Numbered from the stretch's first letter, positions 9,369-19,424 are shown. The stretch is 64,000 nt of DNA from an uncultured bacterium (GCA_963813815.1 CAWFAD010000016.1:512001-576000); one strand, 5' to 3'. Made by a program: numbers and translations. The notes: generated from the letters alone by a model not told the origin.

Positions 9369-9905
9369 ATGCGAGGAATTTCTATCGGTCTCGCCGTGTG
9401 CCTGCTCGGGGCGGCGTTGCCGCGGCAGAACGCCGTCGCGACGCAGATCGAGCATCGGAGTCCGAGACAACTGGCGGAAGAATCGGCGCTCGTCGTTCGG
9501 GGAACGGTCGCCGGCGTGCGGTCTTTTTGGAACGCGCGCGGAACGAAAATCTTCACCGAAGCGACCGTCGAGGTCGATCAAACCTACCAAGGGCGCGACT
9601 CCCGGTCGATCCGTGTCGTCCAGATAGGAGGCGTCGTCGGCCATGTCCGCATGGCCGTCGCAGGCGCGCTCGCCTGGCGGCGGGGCGAGGAGGTGTTGCT
9701 CTTTCTCGAGCGATATGACGACGCTTCGTTCCAGGTGACCGGCTTCTCGCAGGGGAAGTACGCCATCGAGCGCGACGCGGCGACGGGACGGGCGTTCGTC
9801 CGCGGCGCCGGCGAGCTCGCCGGCGTTCCCGAAGGCCCGGCAGCGCGCCCGCTCGCCACGGTTTCGCTCGAAACCTTCATCGAACGCGCTCTCGGCCGAG
9901 AGTAG
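9369..9905 (+). CDS. Secreted protein resembling the N-terminal prodomain/TIMP-like OB domain of bacterial matrixins
   Basis: RBS GAGGAGG, signal peptide, and 'QLAEESALVVRGTV...FW...IFTEATVEV...VVQIGGVVG...GEEVLLFL...GFSQGKY'. Confidence 0.65.
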   Translation: MRGISIGLAVCLLGAALPRQNAVATQIEHRSPRQLAEESALVVRGTVAGVRSFWNARGTKIFTEATVEVDQTYQGRDSRSIRVVQIGGVVGHVRMAVAGALAWRRGEEVLLFLERYDDASFQVTGFSQGKYAIERDAATGRAFVRGAGELAGVPEGPAARPLATVSLETFIERALGRE

Positions 9906-9920
9906 GAAAGGAGGAAGGCA

Positions 9921-12900
9921 ATGTTTCGCAAAAAAATCATCGCGATCGTAACCGGCGTCTTCCTCGCGCTCCTGCTCTCGATGGGCATCGAGGGGCAGAT
10001 CAGCGGGTTCATGGACGGGGACGGCGATGGGGTTCCCGATTCGACCGATCTCTGCCCGTTCGAGGACGCCTCGTATTTCGACCGGGACGGCGACGGATGT
10101 CCCGATCAGGTTCGCAGCGCCCGGCACGTCGAGTACTGGGACGCGGACGATATGCCCTTCGTCTACGCGATTCACGAAGGGGGAGCGCCGGGCATCGACG
10201 ACGGAAGCGATTTCGCCGCGCTGCAGGCGGGCATGAATGTATGGGCCGCCGTCCCCGGCACCGACTTTTCGCTGCTCTACGGCGGCACGACGGCGCAATC
10301 GGTCGCGGCCGCGCTCGACCGGGTGAACCTCGTCACCTTCGAGGACGACGAGTATTACTTCCCCTCCGCCGTACTGGCGGTCGGAATTTCGACCTCGTTC
10401 ACGGTCGATAGCCTCTACGACGGCACGTTCTATCGCGCCGGTCAGATTCTCGACGCGGATATGATATTCAATCCGTCGAAGACGTTCGTCACGGCGACCG
10501 CGGGCTCGGACGGGGCGGATATCGCGAGCATAGCGGCTCATGAAGCCGGGCATCTCTTCGGCATTTCGCACGCCGCGGTATGGACGTCGACGCTGTTCTT
10601 CGTGCTCGGTCCTGGGGGCGCCTCCGCGGATCTCGAGCGCGAGGACGAGCTGATGTTTCTCCGGTCCTATCCGGATTCCGCCACGCTCGCGACCTCGAGC
10701 CGGCTCGGCGGGACGGTCGCCGACGGCTTGTCGGGCGAGCCGATTCCCGGCGCGATCGTGTTCGCGGTGAGCGCGTCGACGGGAGATACGCTCGGCTGCG
10801 ACTATACCCTTCCGGACGGAAGCTATCTGTTTCTCGGCCTGCCGGACGGCGAATACTACGTGGACATATATCCTCTGGATGCCTCGGCGCCCATCGGGTA
10901 TATGCAGCCGGGCCACGTCAATTGGCTCGTCGCCTCAACCGCCGTGACGAGCTTCAAGCCGGAATCGTGGGACCTCGCCGAATCGTTCGACGACGATCCG
11001 TCCGCGCGGGACGCGGTGGCGGTGAGCGCCGGAGCGATGACGACGGCCGATCTCGTGACCGATATCGACGTGACGCCGCCGGCCGTGGTCGAGATCATCC
11101 CGGAGAGCGGAGCGGTGGGGGTATACGCGAGCGCGGTGGTGCTCGCCCGGTTCTCGGAGCCGATCGATCCGGAAACGATCGCCGGCAACTTTCGACTCGT
11201 GAACACGTCGTCTCTCGCGTCCGTGGGCGGAAGCGCCGGCGTTTTGAACGGAGATTCGCTGATCGCCTTCGCGCCGTCCGCCTCCCTCGCCTTCTCGACG
11301 CGATACGAGCTCACCATCGACGCGGGAATAGCGGATCGATTCGGCAACCCGCTCGGAACGCCGTTTGTCGCCTCCTTCACGACCGAAGCCGAGCCGCCGC
11401 TTCATGTCGCCGGCATCGTTCCCGCGTCGGCCTCCGCCGGGTCGGTTGTTATCTTCACGGGAACGGGGTTCGATCCGGATCCTGACGCCACAACGGTGCA
11501 TTTCGCCGGCGCCGACGCCGTGCCGGTCGACGCCTCGGCGACGGCGCTTGTCGTGTGGGTGCCGCCGGAAGCGGAAACGGGCGAGGTGACGATCGAAAAC
11601 TCGCTCGGCGCGAGCAACGGAATACTCTTCACGGTGCTGCCCTCATCCGAGGTCGCGAGGATCTATCAGGCGGGCGTCGTCGGAACGGACGACCTGCCGA
11701 GATCTCTCGCGGTGACGCCCGATGGAGCGTACGTCTATGTCGCCACTGCCGGTGGGTTGCTCGCGGCGGTCGCCGATCCCGGCAACCCCGATTTTCTCGC
11801 CGTGACGAAGATCGACGTGGCCGGCGGGCTGACCGATCTCGATGTAACGCCCGACGGAAAACGGGTCTACGGCGTTTGCCGGACGCTCGGTCTGATCCAC
11901 GTGTTCGACTCCGATCCGGGCGACGGCGCGCTGTTCAACACTCGTATAGCGACGCTTTCGACGGGCAAGGCGCCCCTCGGCGTGCTCATCGAGCCGACCG
12001 GAACGCGCGCGTTCGTTCCCGTCGAAGGCGGCGCCGTCCAGATCTGGGACGTATCGCGCTCCAGCGCGAGCGTGCACGAGCAAGTCGGCGTCATACCGCC
12101 GGCCGATCCCAACATCCTCGGTAAAATGGCGATCGATCCGGCGGGGGAACGATTGCTCGTTCCGACGACGACGGGCAGACTGCTCGCCTTCGACCTCGCT
12201 TCTCTCGCCCTCGTCGCCGAGGCTGGAATCGGATCCGAGCCCCGCGACGTGGCGATCGATCCGGCCGGGATGCGCGCCTATGTGAGCGACGAGGCCGGCA
12301 ACGTGTCCGTCATCTCCCTCGCCGGCGTCTCGTACGTGCAGGATATTCCGGTCGGCGGCTCGCTGCGCGGCGTCGACATAACGCCCGCGGGACAGTTTCT
12401 GTACGTCGCGAACCGGGAAACGAACGTCCTCGGCATCGTCGATCTCCGCGAAGACAGCCCGTCGTTCAGGCACGTCGTCGCGACGATTCCGCAGGGGATC
12501 AATCCGGTGGACGTCGCGCTCTCGCCGAACGGCCTGTACGCCTATTCGATCGCGGAGGAAGAGCGCATCCTCTCCGTGGCGGCGATCGGCGTGGGGCCCG
12601 CCTTCCGGAGCCTCTCCCGGCGGGCGGGACCGGTCGGGACGAAACTCGTGATCGCCGGCTCCGACTTCGAGGGCCCCTGCGCGATCGATTTCACCGGTTC
12701 GGGCGATACTCCGATCCGGGCCGTTCCCGAGCGTTCGTCGGGGACCGCGCTCGTCGTCGCGGTGCCCGAGGGAGGGCAGAGCGGGCCGGTCAGCGTCGTG
12801 GACGGAGAGGGAAAGCGATCGAACAGCCAGTACTTCGAGGCGCTCGGCCCCACTCCCGAACCGGGCCGGGTGCGCCTCATGTACGGCGCCGGAATCGATC

Positions 12901-15900
12901 CGGCGATCGACGCCGCTGCCGTGATGGCGATCGCTCCTTCGGGGGATCAGGCGATCATCGGAACGGAGAACGGCCAAATCCTCTGTGTCGATCTCGACCC
13001 TTCGAGCTCCACGTACAACCAGACGCTGCACGTTTCGACGATCGGATCGAAGGCCGTCACGGCTCTCGCCGTCGTTCCTGACGGGAGCGTCGCGTACGTG
13101 GCGCTCGAAAACGCCGGGACGGCGGCCGAGTTCTACGTCGTCGACGTGAACCGACATAGCGCCGCCTACGGCTCCGTCGTCGGCGCGGTGGACTTCAGCT
13201 CGTATCCGGCGATCGTGAGCGAGGAAGACAGCGCGGTTTCGGAAGACGAGTCCTGCGTCTACGCGGGCGAAATATCGATCAGCCCGGACGGGGCGATCTG
13301 TCTCATCCAGGACGCCTGCTCGGACCTGATCTATATGGTCGACATCCTTCCCGGTTCTCCGACGCAGAACGCGGTCGTCGATACGATCTGCATGCCGAGA
13401 GTGACCGAGATCGCGTTTCATCCGGGCGGCGAGTACGCGTACGTCACGTCGGCGTTTCTCCTCAGGGCGTATGTTCTCGACATGAATCCGGAGAGCAGCA
13501 CGTTCGGAGCAATCGTGAACAGCATCGAGCTGCCCTCTCCGCACGCGAATTCCTCGCTGATATGCCATCCGCTGGCGCTCGACTTCGCGCCGGACGGGTC
13601 CCGGTGTCTGGTGCTCGGCAAGGATTTCACCGAGAATCAACCGTACATCCACACGCTCGACACCACGGATCCCATGAATCCGGTGCAGATAGGCGTCGAT
13701 CTTTTCGGCGAGCCGTTTCCGATGTCCGGAACGAAGGCGATCCGGATATCGCCTCGCGGCGACCGGTGTGTCGTCGCTCTCAACGATATCGGGCTCATGA
13801 ACCTCGATATCTCGGAGCGCCCCTATGAGGTGCTCGATCATTTCGCCGATGATTTCTACGGGATCGAGGTCGAGACGGGATTCGCCCCGGACGGCGAAAA
13901 CGTCTTCGTCCTGAGCGCGGCCGCCGACTCGCTCATCACCTTCGACTTCGGGGACGCGGCGTCCGTGTCGCTCGCGTCGGGCGACGGCCAGACGGGCGTC
14001 GCCGGGGAAATTCTTCCCGCCGGGCTCAAGGTGCGGGTCATCGACGGAAGCGGCGAGCCGGCGGCCGGCATCGCCGTCACGTTCCTCGTGACGGAGGGTG
14101 GCGGTTCCTTCGTCGGCACGGGAACGCCGCTCGCGATCGCGGCCACCGATCCGGAGGGGATCGCGAACGTCGCCTGGCGACTCGGACCGAACCTCGGCGT
14201 CCAGCGCGTCAGCGCCTTCGGATACGGGCTCGCCGGCTCGCCGGTCGGCTTTTCCGCCGAGGCGGTCGAGAATCCGGCCGAGCTGCCACTCGAGCTCGCC
14301 GATCTCGCGCCCGCGACCGGAGCGGCGGAGGTGAGCGTGACGACGGCGATCAAGGGCACGTTCAGCCGCGCCGTCGATCCGGCGACGGTGGATGCGTCGG
14401 CGTTTTCCCTGCGGAAGGCGGACGACTCCTCGCCGGTCCCCGTTTCATACGGCTTCACGTCGGAGAATCGCGAGGTATCGCTGGCTCCGCTCGTCAATCT
14501 CGAGTTCGGCGCCGAATACGTGATCGAGATCTCCGGCGCGTTGCTGGATGCCGACGGCGGACCGGTGCAGAATCCGCTGGCGTCCAGCTTCACGACCTCG
14601 GCCTCCGTTCCGCCCGCGCTCGACGCCGTCAGTCCCCCCGGCGCCGTCGCGTACACGCCGGTCATACTGTCGGGCGAGGGATTCGACGCGGTGCCGTCGA
14701 ACAACACGGTGCTCTTCAACGACGTTCCTGCCACGCCCGTCGCGGGCGGGTTCGATTACCTCGAGGTGAAGGTGCCGGCCGGGATCGAAAGCGCGCTCGT
14801 CCGCGTGGTCGTCGGACCGGACACCTCGAACGCCGTTGCGTTCGCCGGGCTCGTGCCGGAATTCGAGCCCATCGACGAGGTGATCGCGACGGTGAACACC
14901 GGCTACGCCACGCAGGCGGTGGCCGTGACGTCCGACGGATCGAGGGCCTATGCCATATCGCCCGAATCGGATGTCGCCGTGCCGGTCGACCTCGTCAATC
15001 TCGCATCGCTCGCCCCCATTTCGGTCGGAGACCACCCCGTCTCGATCGCGATGCATCCGAGGAGCACGTTCGCGTTCGTCGCGAACTTCGGCTCCGGGAC
15101 GGTTTCGGAGATCGACGTCGATCCGGCATCGCCGTACTATCACTCGATCCGCGCGAATCTGCCGGTCGAGGCGAATCCGATCGATCTCGCGGTGAGTCCC
15201 GAGGGCGATCGGCTCTACGTCGTCAACGCCGGGTCGGCTTCGATCAGCATCATCGACACCGACGAGGAAAGCGAGACGTATCACGAGGCGCTGGCGACCG
15301 TCGAGACCGAATCCGCCGTGAACTGCGTGGCGGTCGCGCCCGACGGCTCGAGGATCTATATCGGCACCGATTCCGGGTTCATTGTCCTCGATCCGATGAG
15401 CTATGCGGTCCTCGCGAGGATCAGCACCGGCTCCGCGACGAAGACGGTGACGATCGTGCCAGATGGAACGCTCATGTTCCTGCTCACGGACGGCGGCGAG
15501 GTGTTCGTCGTCGACATCGAGCCGGGCAGCGCCACGGAAAACGCCGTCGTGGCCCACATCGGCGTGGGTTCGACGGTCAGCTCGGTGACCATCAAGGCCG
15601 ACGGAACGCTGCTCTACCTGATTCAGGAGGAGTCCGACGTCGTGCTGGTGGTTCTCATCGAGCTCCTCGACGCGGTCGCCGTGCTCGATCCGGGCGAAGA
15701 GCTGCCGCCGAAAACGGTGCGTGTCAGCGTGGTCGATTCGCTGTGGGCCGGCGAGGATCCGACGGCGCTCGCGTTCGATCCGACCGGTTCCGGACTGGCC
15801 TACGTTACGAACGCCGGACCGCGGACGATCACGGTGCTCAACGTCTCGGAGGTGCCGTACATCACCTGTACGGTGGCGGCGCCTCCCGACACCTTCGTCT

Positions 15901-16790
15901 CGGTGCCTCCGGAGGAGACGTACATCTTTTTCGATTTCGGCATCACCAACACCTCGCCGAACTACGATTCGGAGTTCGATTACCAGCTCTCCACGGACGG
16001 CCCCGGCTTTCTCGCCTGGGGAGAATCCGATGGTAGAAACGTTTTGTTCGGAACGACCCCGCTGCTCGCTCCCGGCGAATCGCACGTCGTGACGGGCGCG
16101 GCGCTCGTCATTCCGGATGGCGCCGTCTTCGGGTCCGCGGAGCAAATCGTCGCGTTCTCCGTCTCGGCGCACGAGTATCCCGAGCGGCGGCAATCGGCGC
16201 AGACCGTCTTTTCCCTGGTGCAGCAAGTGGTCGCCGTCCTCGTGACGAAATTCGAGGCGGTCGCCGTCGAGGGCTGCGTCAGGCTCTCGTGGGATATCTC
16301 GGCGGACGGCGACGTCGAGGGATTCAACGTCTACCGCTCGGAGGGAGATGCGAAGGCGCTCGTCAACGAGGGAGGATTGCTGCCCCCGGACGCGAGAACC
16401 TGCGCCGATTTCGAGATCGCGGGGGGAAGGAGCTACGCCTACACGCTCGGGATCGTCACGAGCGACGGGAACGAGATGACGTCCCTCGAGGCCTTCGTTC
16501 AAACGAAGAGGTGTTCGCTCGCCCTGAGGCAGAATTTCCCGAATCCGTTCAATCCCGCGACGAGGATCTCGTTCTCGCTGCCCGAGCGGACGCACGTGAA
16601 AATCCATATCTATAATTCCGGAGGCGAGCTGATCGCGACTCTCGCCGACGGGGTTCTCGAAGAGGGTCTTCGCGAAGTGGAGTGGAACGGGAGGGACGAA
16701 CGGGGGAACGTCGTCGCTTCCGGCGTCTACTTCTGCCGGCTCGTGGCCGGCAAGCAGACCCTGACCCGCAAGATGGTGCTGCTGAGGTAG
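9921..16790 (+). CDS. 2289-aa secreted multidomain protein: TSP3-like Ca repeats, matrixin (M10-like) metalloprotease, carboxypeptidase-regulatory-like, Big_5 Ig, IPT/TIG, three YVTN/YncE beta-propeller regions, Big_1-like Ig, C-terminal FlgD-Ig/T9SS-like domain
   Basis: RBS AGGAGG, signal peptide, 'DGDGDGVPDSTDLCP', 'HEAGHLFGISH', 'FSEPID', repeated 'VAVTPDG..AYV', 'QNFPNPFNPATRISF...SGVYFCRL...RKMVLLR'. Confidence 0.85.
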   Translation: MFRKKIIAIVTGVFLALLLSMGIEGQISGFMDGDGDGVPDSTDLCPFEDASYFDRDGDGCPDQVRSARHVEYWDADDMPFVYAIHEGGAPGIDDGSDFAALQAGMNVWAAVPGTDFSLLYGGTTAQSVAAALDRVNLVTFEDDEYYFPSAVLAVGISTSFTVDSLYDGTFYRAGQILDADMIFNPSKTFVTATAGSDGADIASIAAHEAGHLFGISHAAVWTSTLFFVLGPGGASADLEREDELMFLRSYPDSATLATSSRLGGTVADGLSGEPIPGAIVFAVSASTGDTLGCDYTLPDGSYLFLGLPDGEYYVDIYPLDASAPIGYMQPGHVNWLVASTAVTSFKPESWDLAESFDDDPSARDAVAVSAGAMTTADLVTDIDVTPPAVVEIIPESGAVGVYASAVVLARFSEPIDPETIAGNFRLVNTSSLASVGGSAGVLNGDSLIAFAPSASLAFSTRYELTIDAGIADRFGNPLGTPFVASFTTEAEPPLHVAGIVPASASAGSVVIFTGTGFDPDPDATTVHFAGADAVPVDASATALVVWVPPEAETGEVTIENSLGASNGILFTVLPSSEVARIYQAGVVGTDDLPRSLAVTPDGAYVYVATAGGLLAAVADPGNPDFLAVTKIDVAGGLTDLDVTPDGKRVYGVCRTLGLIHVFDSDPGDGALFNTRIATLSTGKAPLGVLIEPTGTRAFVPVEGGAVQIWDVSRSSASVHEQVGVIPPADPNILGKMAIDPAGERLLVPTTTGRLLAFDLASLALVAEAGIGSEPRDVAIDPAGMRAYVSDEAGNVSVISLAGVSYVQDIPVGGSLRGVDITPAGQFLYVANRETNVLGIVDLREDSPSFRHVVATIPQGINPVDVALSPNGLYAYSIAEEERILSVAAIGVGPAFRSLSRRAGPVGTKLVIAGSDFEGPCAIDFTGSGDTPIRAVPERSSGTALVVAVPEGGQSGPVSVVDGEGKRSNSQYFEALGPTPEPGRVRLMYGAGIDPAIDAAAVMAIAPSGDQAIIGTENGQILCVDLDPSSSTYNQTLHVSTIGSKAVTALAVVPDGSVAYVALENAGTAAEFYVVDVNRHSAAYGSVVGAVDFSSYPAIVSEEDSAVSEDESCVYAGEISISPDGAICLIQDACSDLIYMVDILPGSPTQNAVVDTICMPRVTEIAFHPGGEYAYVTSAFLLRAYVLDMNPESSTFGAIVNSIELPSPHANSSLICHPLALDFAPDGSRCLVLGKDFTENQPYIHTLDTTDPMNPVQIGVDLFGEPFPMSGTKAIRISPRGDRCVVALNDIGLMNLDISERPYEVLDHFADDFYGIEVETGFAPDGENVFVLSAAADSLITFDFGDAASVSLASGDGQTGVAGEILPAGLKVRVIDGSGEPAAGIAVTFLVTEGGGSFVGTGTPLAIAATDPEGIANVAWRLGPNLGVQRVSAFGYGLAGSPVGFSAEAVENPAELPLELADLAPATGAAEVSVTTAIKGTFSRAVDPATVDASAFSLRKADDSSPVPVSYGFTSENREVSLAPLVNLEFGAEYVIEISGALLDADGGPVQNPLASSFTTSASVPPALDAVSPPGAVAYTPVILSGEGFDAVPSNNTVLFNDVPATPVAGGFDYLEVKVPAGIESALVRVVVGPDTSNAVAFAGLVPEFEPIDEVIATVNTGYATQAVAVTSDGSRAYAISPESDVAVPVDLVNLASLAPISVGDHPVSIAMHPRSTFAFVANFGSGTVSEIDVDPASPYYHSIRANLPVEANPIDLAVSPEGDRLYVVNAGSASISIIDTDEESETYHEALATVETESAVNCVAVAPDGSRIYIGTDSGFIVLDPMSYAVLARISTGSATKTVTIVPDGTLMFLLTDGGEVFVVDIEPGSATENAVVAHIGVGSTVSSVTIKADGTLLYLIQEESDVVLVVLIELLDAVAVLDPGEELPPKTVRVSVVDSLWAGEDPTALAFDPTGSGLAYVTNAGPRTITVLNVSEVPYITCTVAAPPDTFVSVPPEETYIFFDFGITNTSPNYDSEFDYQLSTDGPGFLAWGESDGRNVLFGTTPLLAPGESHVVTGAALVIPDGAVFGSAEQIVAFSVSAHEYPERRQSAQTVFSLVQQVVAVLVTKFEAVAVEGCVRLSWDISADGDVEGFNVYRSEGDAKALVNEGGLLPPDARTCADFEIAGGRSYAYTLGIVTSDGNEMTSLEAFVQTKRCSLALRQNFPNPFNPATRISFSLPERTHVKIHIYNSGGELIATLADGVLEEGLREVEWNGRDERGNVVASGVYFCRLVAGKQTLTRKMVLLR

Positions 16791-16807
16791 CTCGCGCGGA
16801 GGGGGGA

Positions 16808-18445
16808 TCAGCGGCCGTCGATGCGCTCGAGGGCCGCGGCGGCGGCGCCGCGGTCCTCGAGCGAGCCCAGCTTGGCGAGGGCGAGCCAGTGCCGGCGGGC
16901 CTCCGGGATCATCCCGGATCCCTCGTACAGCTCCGCGAGGCAGCGATGGAGCTCGGCGTCATTCGGAAGTATCTCGAGCGCCCGCTCGAGGAACGGCAGC
17001 GCCAGATCTTCCCGGTGAATCATCCGCTCGGCCCGGCCCAAGTGTTTGAGGATATGCCCTCGCGCGCCGGGATCCGAGTTCTTTTCTCGTTCCGCCCGGA
17101 GGAGCCCGAGCTCGAGCACGTTCAGCGCTTCCTCGGGGCGGCCCGCGTCGAGCAGGAGCGCGCCGAGATTGTTGTAACCTTCGACGAGAAGCGAATCCGA
17201 CTCGATTGCGGCGCGGAAATACCTCTCGGCTCCGGCGACGTCTCGCATGGCCCACCGCACGCCGGCGAGATTGAAGAGGGCGATCGTGTAGCGATCGTTG
17301 ACGGAAAGCGCCCGTAGCAGGAGCGAATCCGCTTCCCGCCAGTTGCCCCCGCTGATGGCGAGCGCCGCCAGGTTGTTCCAGGGCACCTCCCAGCGCTGGT
17401 CGGCGATGATCGCGTTGCGGTATTCGACGTTGGCGAGATCGATCTTGCCCAGCTTCTCGAATCCTTGTCCGAGCTCGTTGTGATGTTTCGCGAGCGCGCG
17501 ATCGCCGTCGGCGGCCCTTCGCTCGAAAACGAGGGTGAGCGCCCCGAGCACGATCGCGGCGGAGGCGGCCGGGATGAGAATGCGCATGAGGCTGCGTTTG
17601 AGCCCCGATCCTTCCCCGGACAGGGGCGGCCGTTCCCGCTGCAGGATGGTTTCCAGTTCTCGCTTGAACTCCGCGGCGCCGGCGAACCTTTCGTTCGGAT
17701 TCTTCTTCAAGGCTCGATCGATCGCCGCGTCGAGACCCGCGGGAAAACCGCCGATCGTCTCGCGGTCGATCGGAAGATACGGTTCGTTCGTGATCGAATA
17801 CATGACCGCCATCGGGTGTTCCCCGGGGAACGGGTGGCGGCCCGTCAGCATTTCGTAGAGAACGATGCCGAGAGAAAAGAGGTCGCTTCGAGCGTCGATC
17901 CTGTTGCCTATCGTTTGCTCGGGCGACATGTAGGATATGGTGCCGATGGTGCCCCCCTCGACGGTGATCGTCTCGCTCGTCGTCACCCGCACGATACCGA
18001 AGTCCATCAGCTTCGGGATGCCTTCGTCGGTGACGATGACGTTCTCCGGCTTGAGGTCCCGGTGTATGAGGCCGGCGCCGTGGAGCTTTTCCAGCGCGTC
18101 GAGCAGCTCGACGGCATGCTCGATCGTCCGCCGCCAGGGAACGGGCCCCTCGGAGATCATCTGCCGAACGGTCTTCCCCTTGAGGAGCTCCATGGCGAGG
18201 TAGAGGAGCCCTTTGTCCTCGCCCGCCGCATAGACCGTGACGATATTGCGATGATTGATGCTGGAGCAGGCTCGCGCTTCGCGGAGGAAACGCTCCTTGC
18301 CGCGCGCGCCGAGCTGCGCGGGGTGGATGACTTTGACGGCGAGGGTTCGGTCGAGAGTTTCGTCCCGCGCGAGGAAAACGGTCCCCATGCCACCGCTGCC
18401 GATGGTATCGAGGATTTCGTAGCTTGCGATGCGATCGAGCTCCAT
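16808..18445 (-). CDS. Hanks-type Ser/Thr kinase with TM helix and extracytoplasmic TPRs
   Basis: GSGGMG, LAVK, HRDLKPEN, DFG and YMSPE all intact; TM 'ILIPAASAAIVLGALTLVF'; TPRs such as 'YNNLGALLLDAGRPEEA'. Confidence 0.92.
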   Translation of the reverse strand: MELDRIASYEILDTIGSGGMGTVFLARDETLDRTLAVKVIHPAQLGARGKERFLREARACSSINHRNIVTVYAAGEDKGLLYLAMELLKGKTVRQMISEGPVPWRRTIEHAVELLDALEKLHGAGLIHRDLKPENVIVTDEGIPKLMDFGIVRVTTSETITVEGGTIGTISYMSPEQTIGNRIDARSDLFSLGIVLYEMLTGRHPFPGEHPMAVMYSITNEPYLPIDRETIGGFPAGLDAAIDRALKKNPNERFAGAAEFKRELETILQRERPPLSGEGSGLKRSLMRILIPAASAAIVLGALTLVFERRAADGDRALAKHHNELGQGFEKLGKIDLANVEYRNAIIADQRWEVPWNNLAALAISGGNWREADSLLLRALSVNDRYTIALFNLAGVRWAMRDVAGAERYFRAAIESDSLLVEGYNNLGALLLDAGRPEEALNVLELGLLRAEREKNSDPGARGHILKHLGRAERMIHREDLALPFLERALEILPNDAELHRCLAELYEGSGMIPEARRHWLALAKLGSLEDRGAAAAALERIDGR

Positions 18446-18470
18446 GAAGCGCTCTCGGCGGCTTTGATCC

Positions 18471-19424
18471 TCACCGCTTTTCGAGCAGGTGCTTGTACTC
18501 GCCGAGCGCTTCGACCGGCCGTCCGCCTTCGGCGTACAGATGGGCGAGGATCGAGTGCAGGGTGGCGTTGTCCGGATCTTTTTCGAGCGCCGTCCTCGTC
18601 TCCGCGATCGCCTCGTTCACGCATCCCGCGTCGAAGAAAAGGCTCGCCCGCACGAAATGCAGGGCGAGCACGCTCGGTATCTCCTCTTTCTCGAGGGATT
18701 TCAGGGCGAGCGCGAGATCTCGCTCCTCCTCGGGCGAAAGGATCTCGAAGAAAGCGGCCTGGCTACGGATGGGCGGAAAGACGAGGGGATCGGCCGTTTC
18801 GACCGCCCACGAATACACCGTTCCGGGGGCGAGCGGCGGCGCTTCCTCGGGATACCGCAGACTCGTGCCGGCCGGCACCTTCTGCTCCCACTGAACCGCC
18901 TCTTCGTTGTACAGCACGACACGGAGCTTCTTGGTCGAATCGGAGCAGCTCCATTGGAAGAGCGGGCGCATCGTTCGTATCCTCGTATCGCAGGGGGCAA
19001 TAGGCCTCAGATCGCGGCATTTCTCGCCCGATCTCAGTCCCACCATTGAGCTCGATCCCTTGTAGTTCTTCAGCTTGATGAACTCCTGCACCGACTCGAA
19101 GCTCCGGGACTCCTTCTCCGGTCGCGCCGACCGGCCCGCCTGCGGCTGCGCTTTCACCTGCATCCGGCTTCTCGAGCCGATGATGATCCATGTTCCGTTT
19201 TCGAAGTGTATCTCGGCCTCGGAGTCCTCTCCCGTCTGCACCTCGTCGCCCTCGTAGAGCGGCAGGCCGAAGGAGCCGGGTTGGGACTGTCCTCCGCTTC
19301 TCGAGACGTCCGCGGCGCCTCTGCACGACAGGAGAATGGCGACCGGCTTCTCGGCGGCAACCGGAGGACTCATGATGAAGGTCGCGGCAAAAATCGCTAA
19401 GCACGCGCCGAAACGAATCCTCAT
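18471..19424 (-). CDS. Secreted FecR-like + DUF928-like + TPR protein
   Basis: Signal peptide; FecR-like 'LYEGDEVQTGEDSEAEIHFENGT'; DUF928-like 'RPLFQW...LRYPEEAPPLAPGTVYSWAV'; C-terminal TPR. Confidence 0.7.
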   Translation of the reverse strand: MRIRFGACLAIFAATFIMSPPVAAEKPVAILLSCRGAADVSRSGGQSQPGSFGLPLYEGDEVQTGEDSEAEIHFENGTWIIIGSRSRMQVKAQPQAGRSARPEKESRSFESVQEFIKLKNYKGSSSMVGLRSGEKCRDLRPIAPCDTRIRTMRPLFQWSCSDSTKKLRVVLYNEEAVQWEQKVPAGTSLRYPEEAPPLAPGTVYSWAVETADPLVFPPIRSQAAFFEILSPEEERDLALALKSLEKEEIPSVLALHFVRASLFFDAGCVNEAIAETRTALEKDPDNATLHSILAHLYAEGGRPVEALGEYKHLLEKR

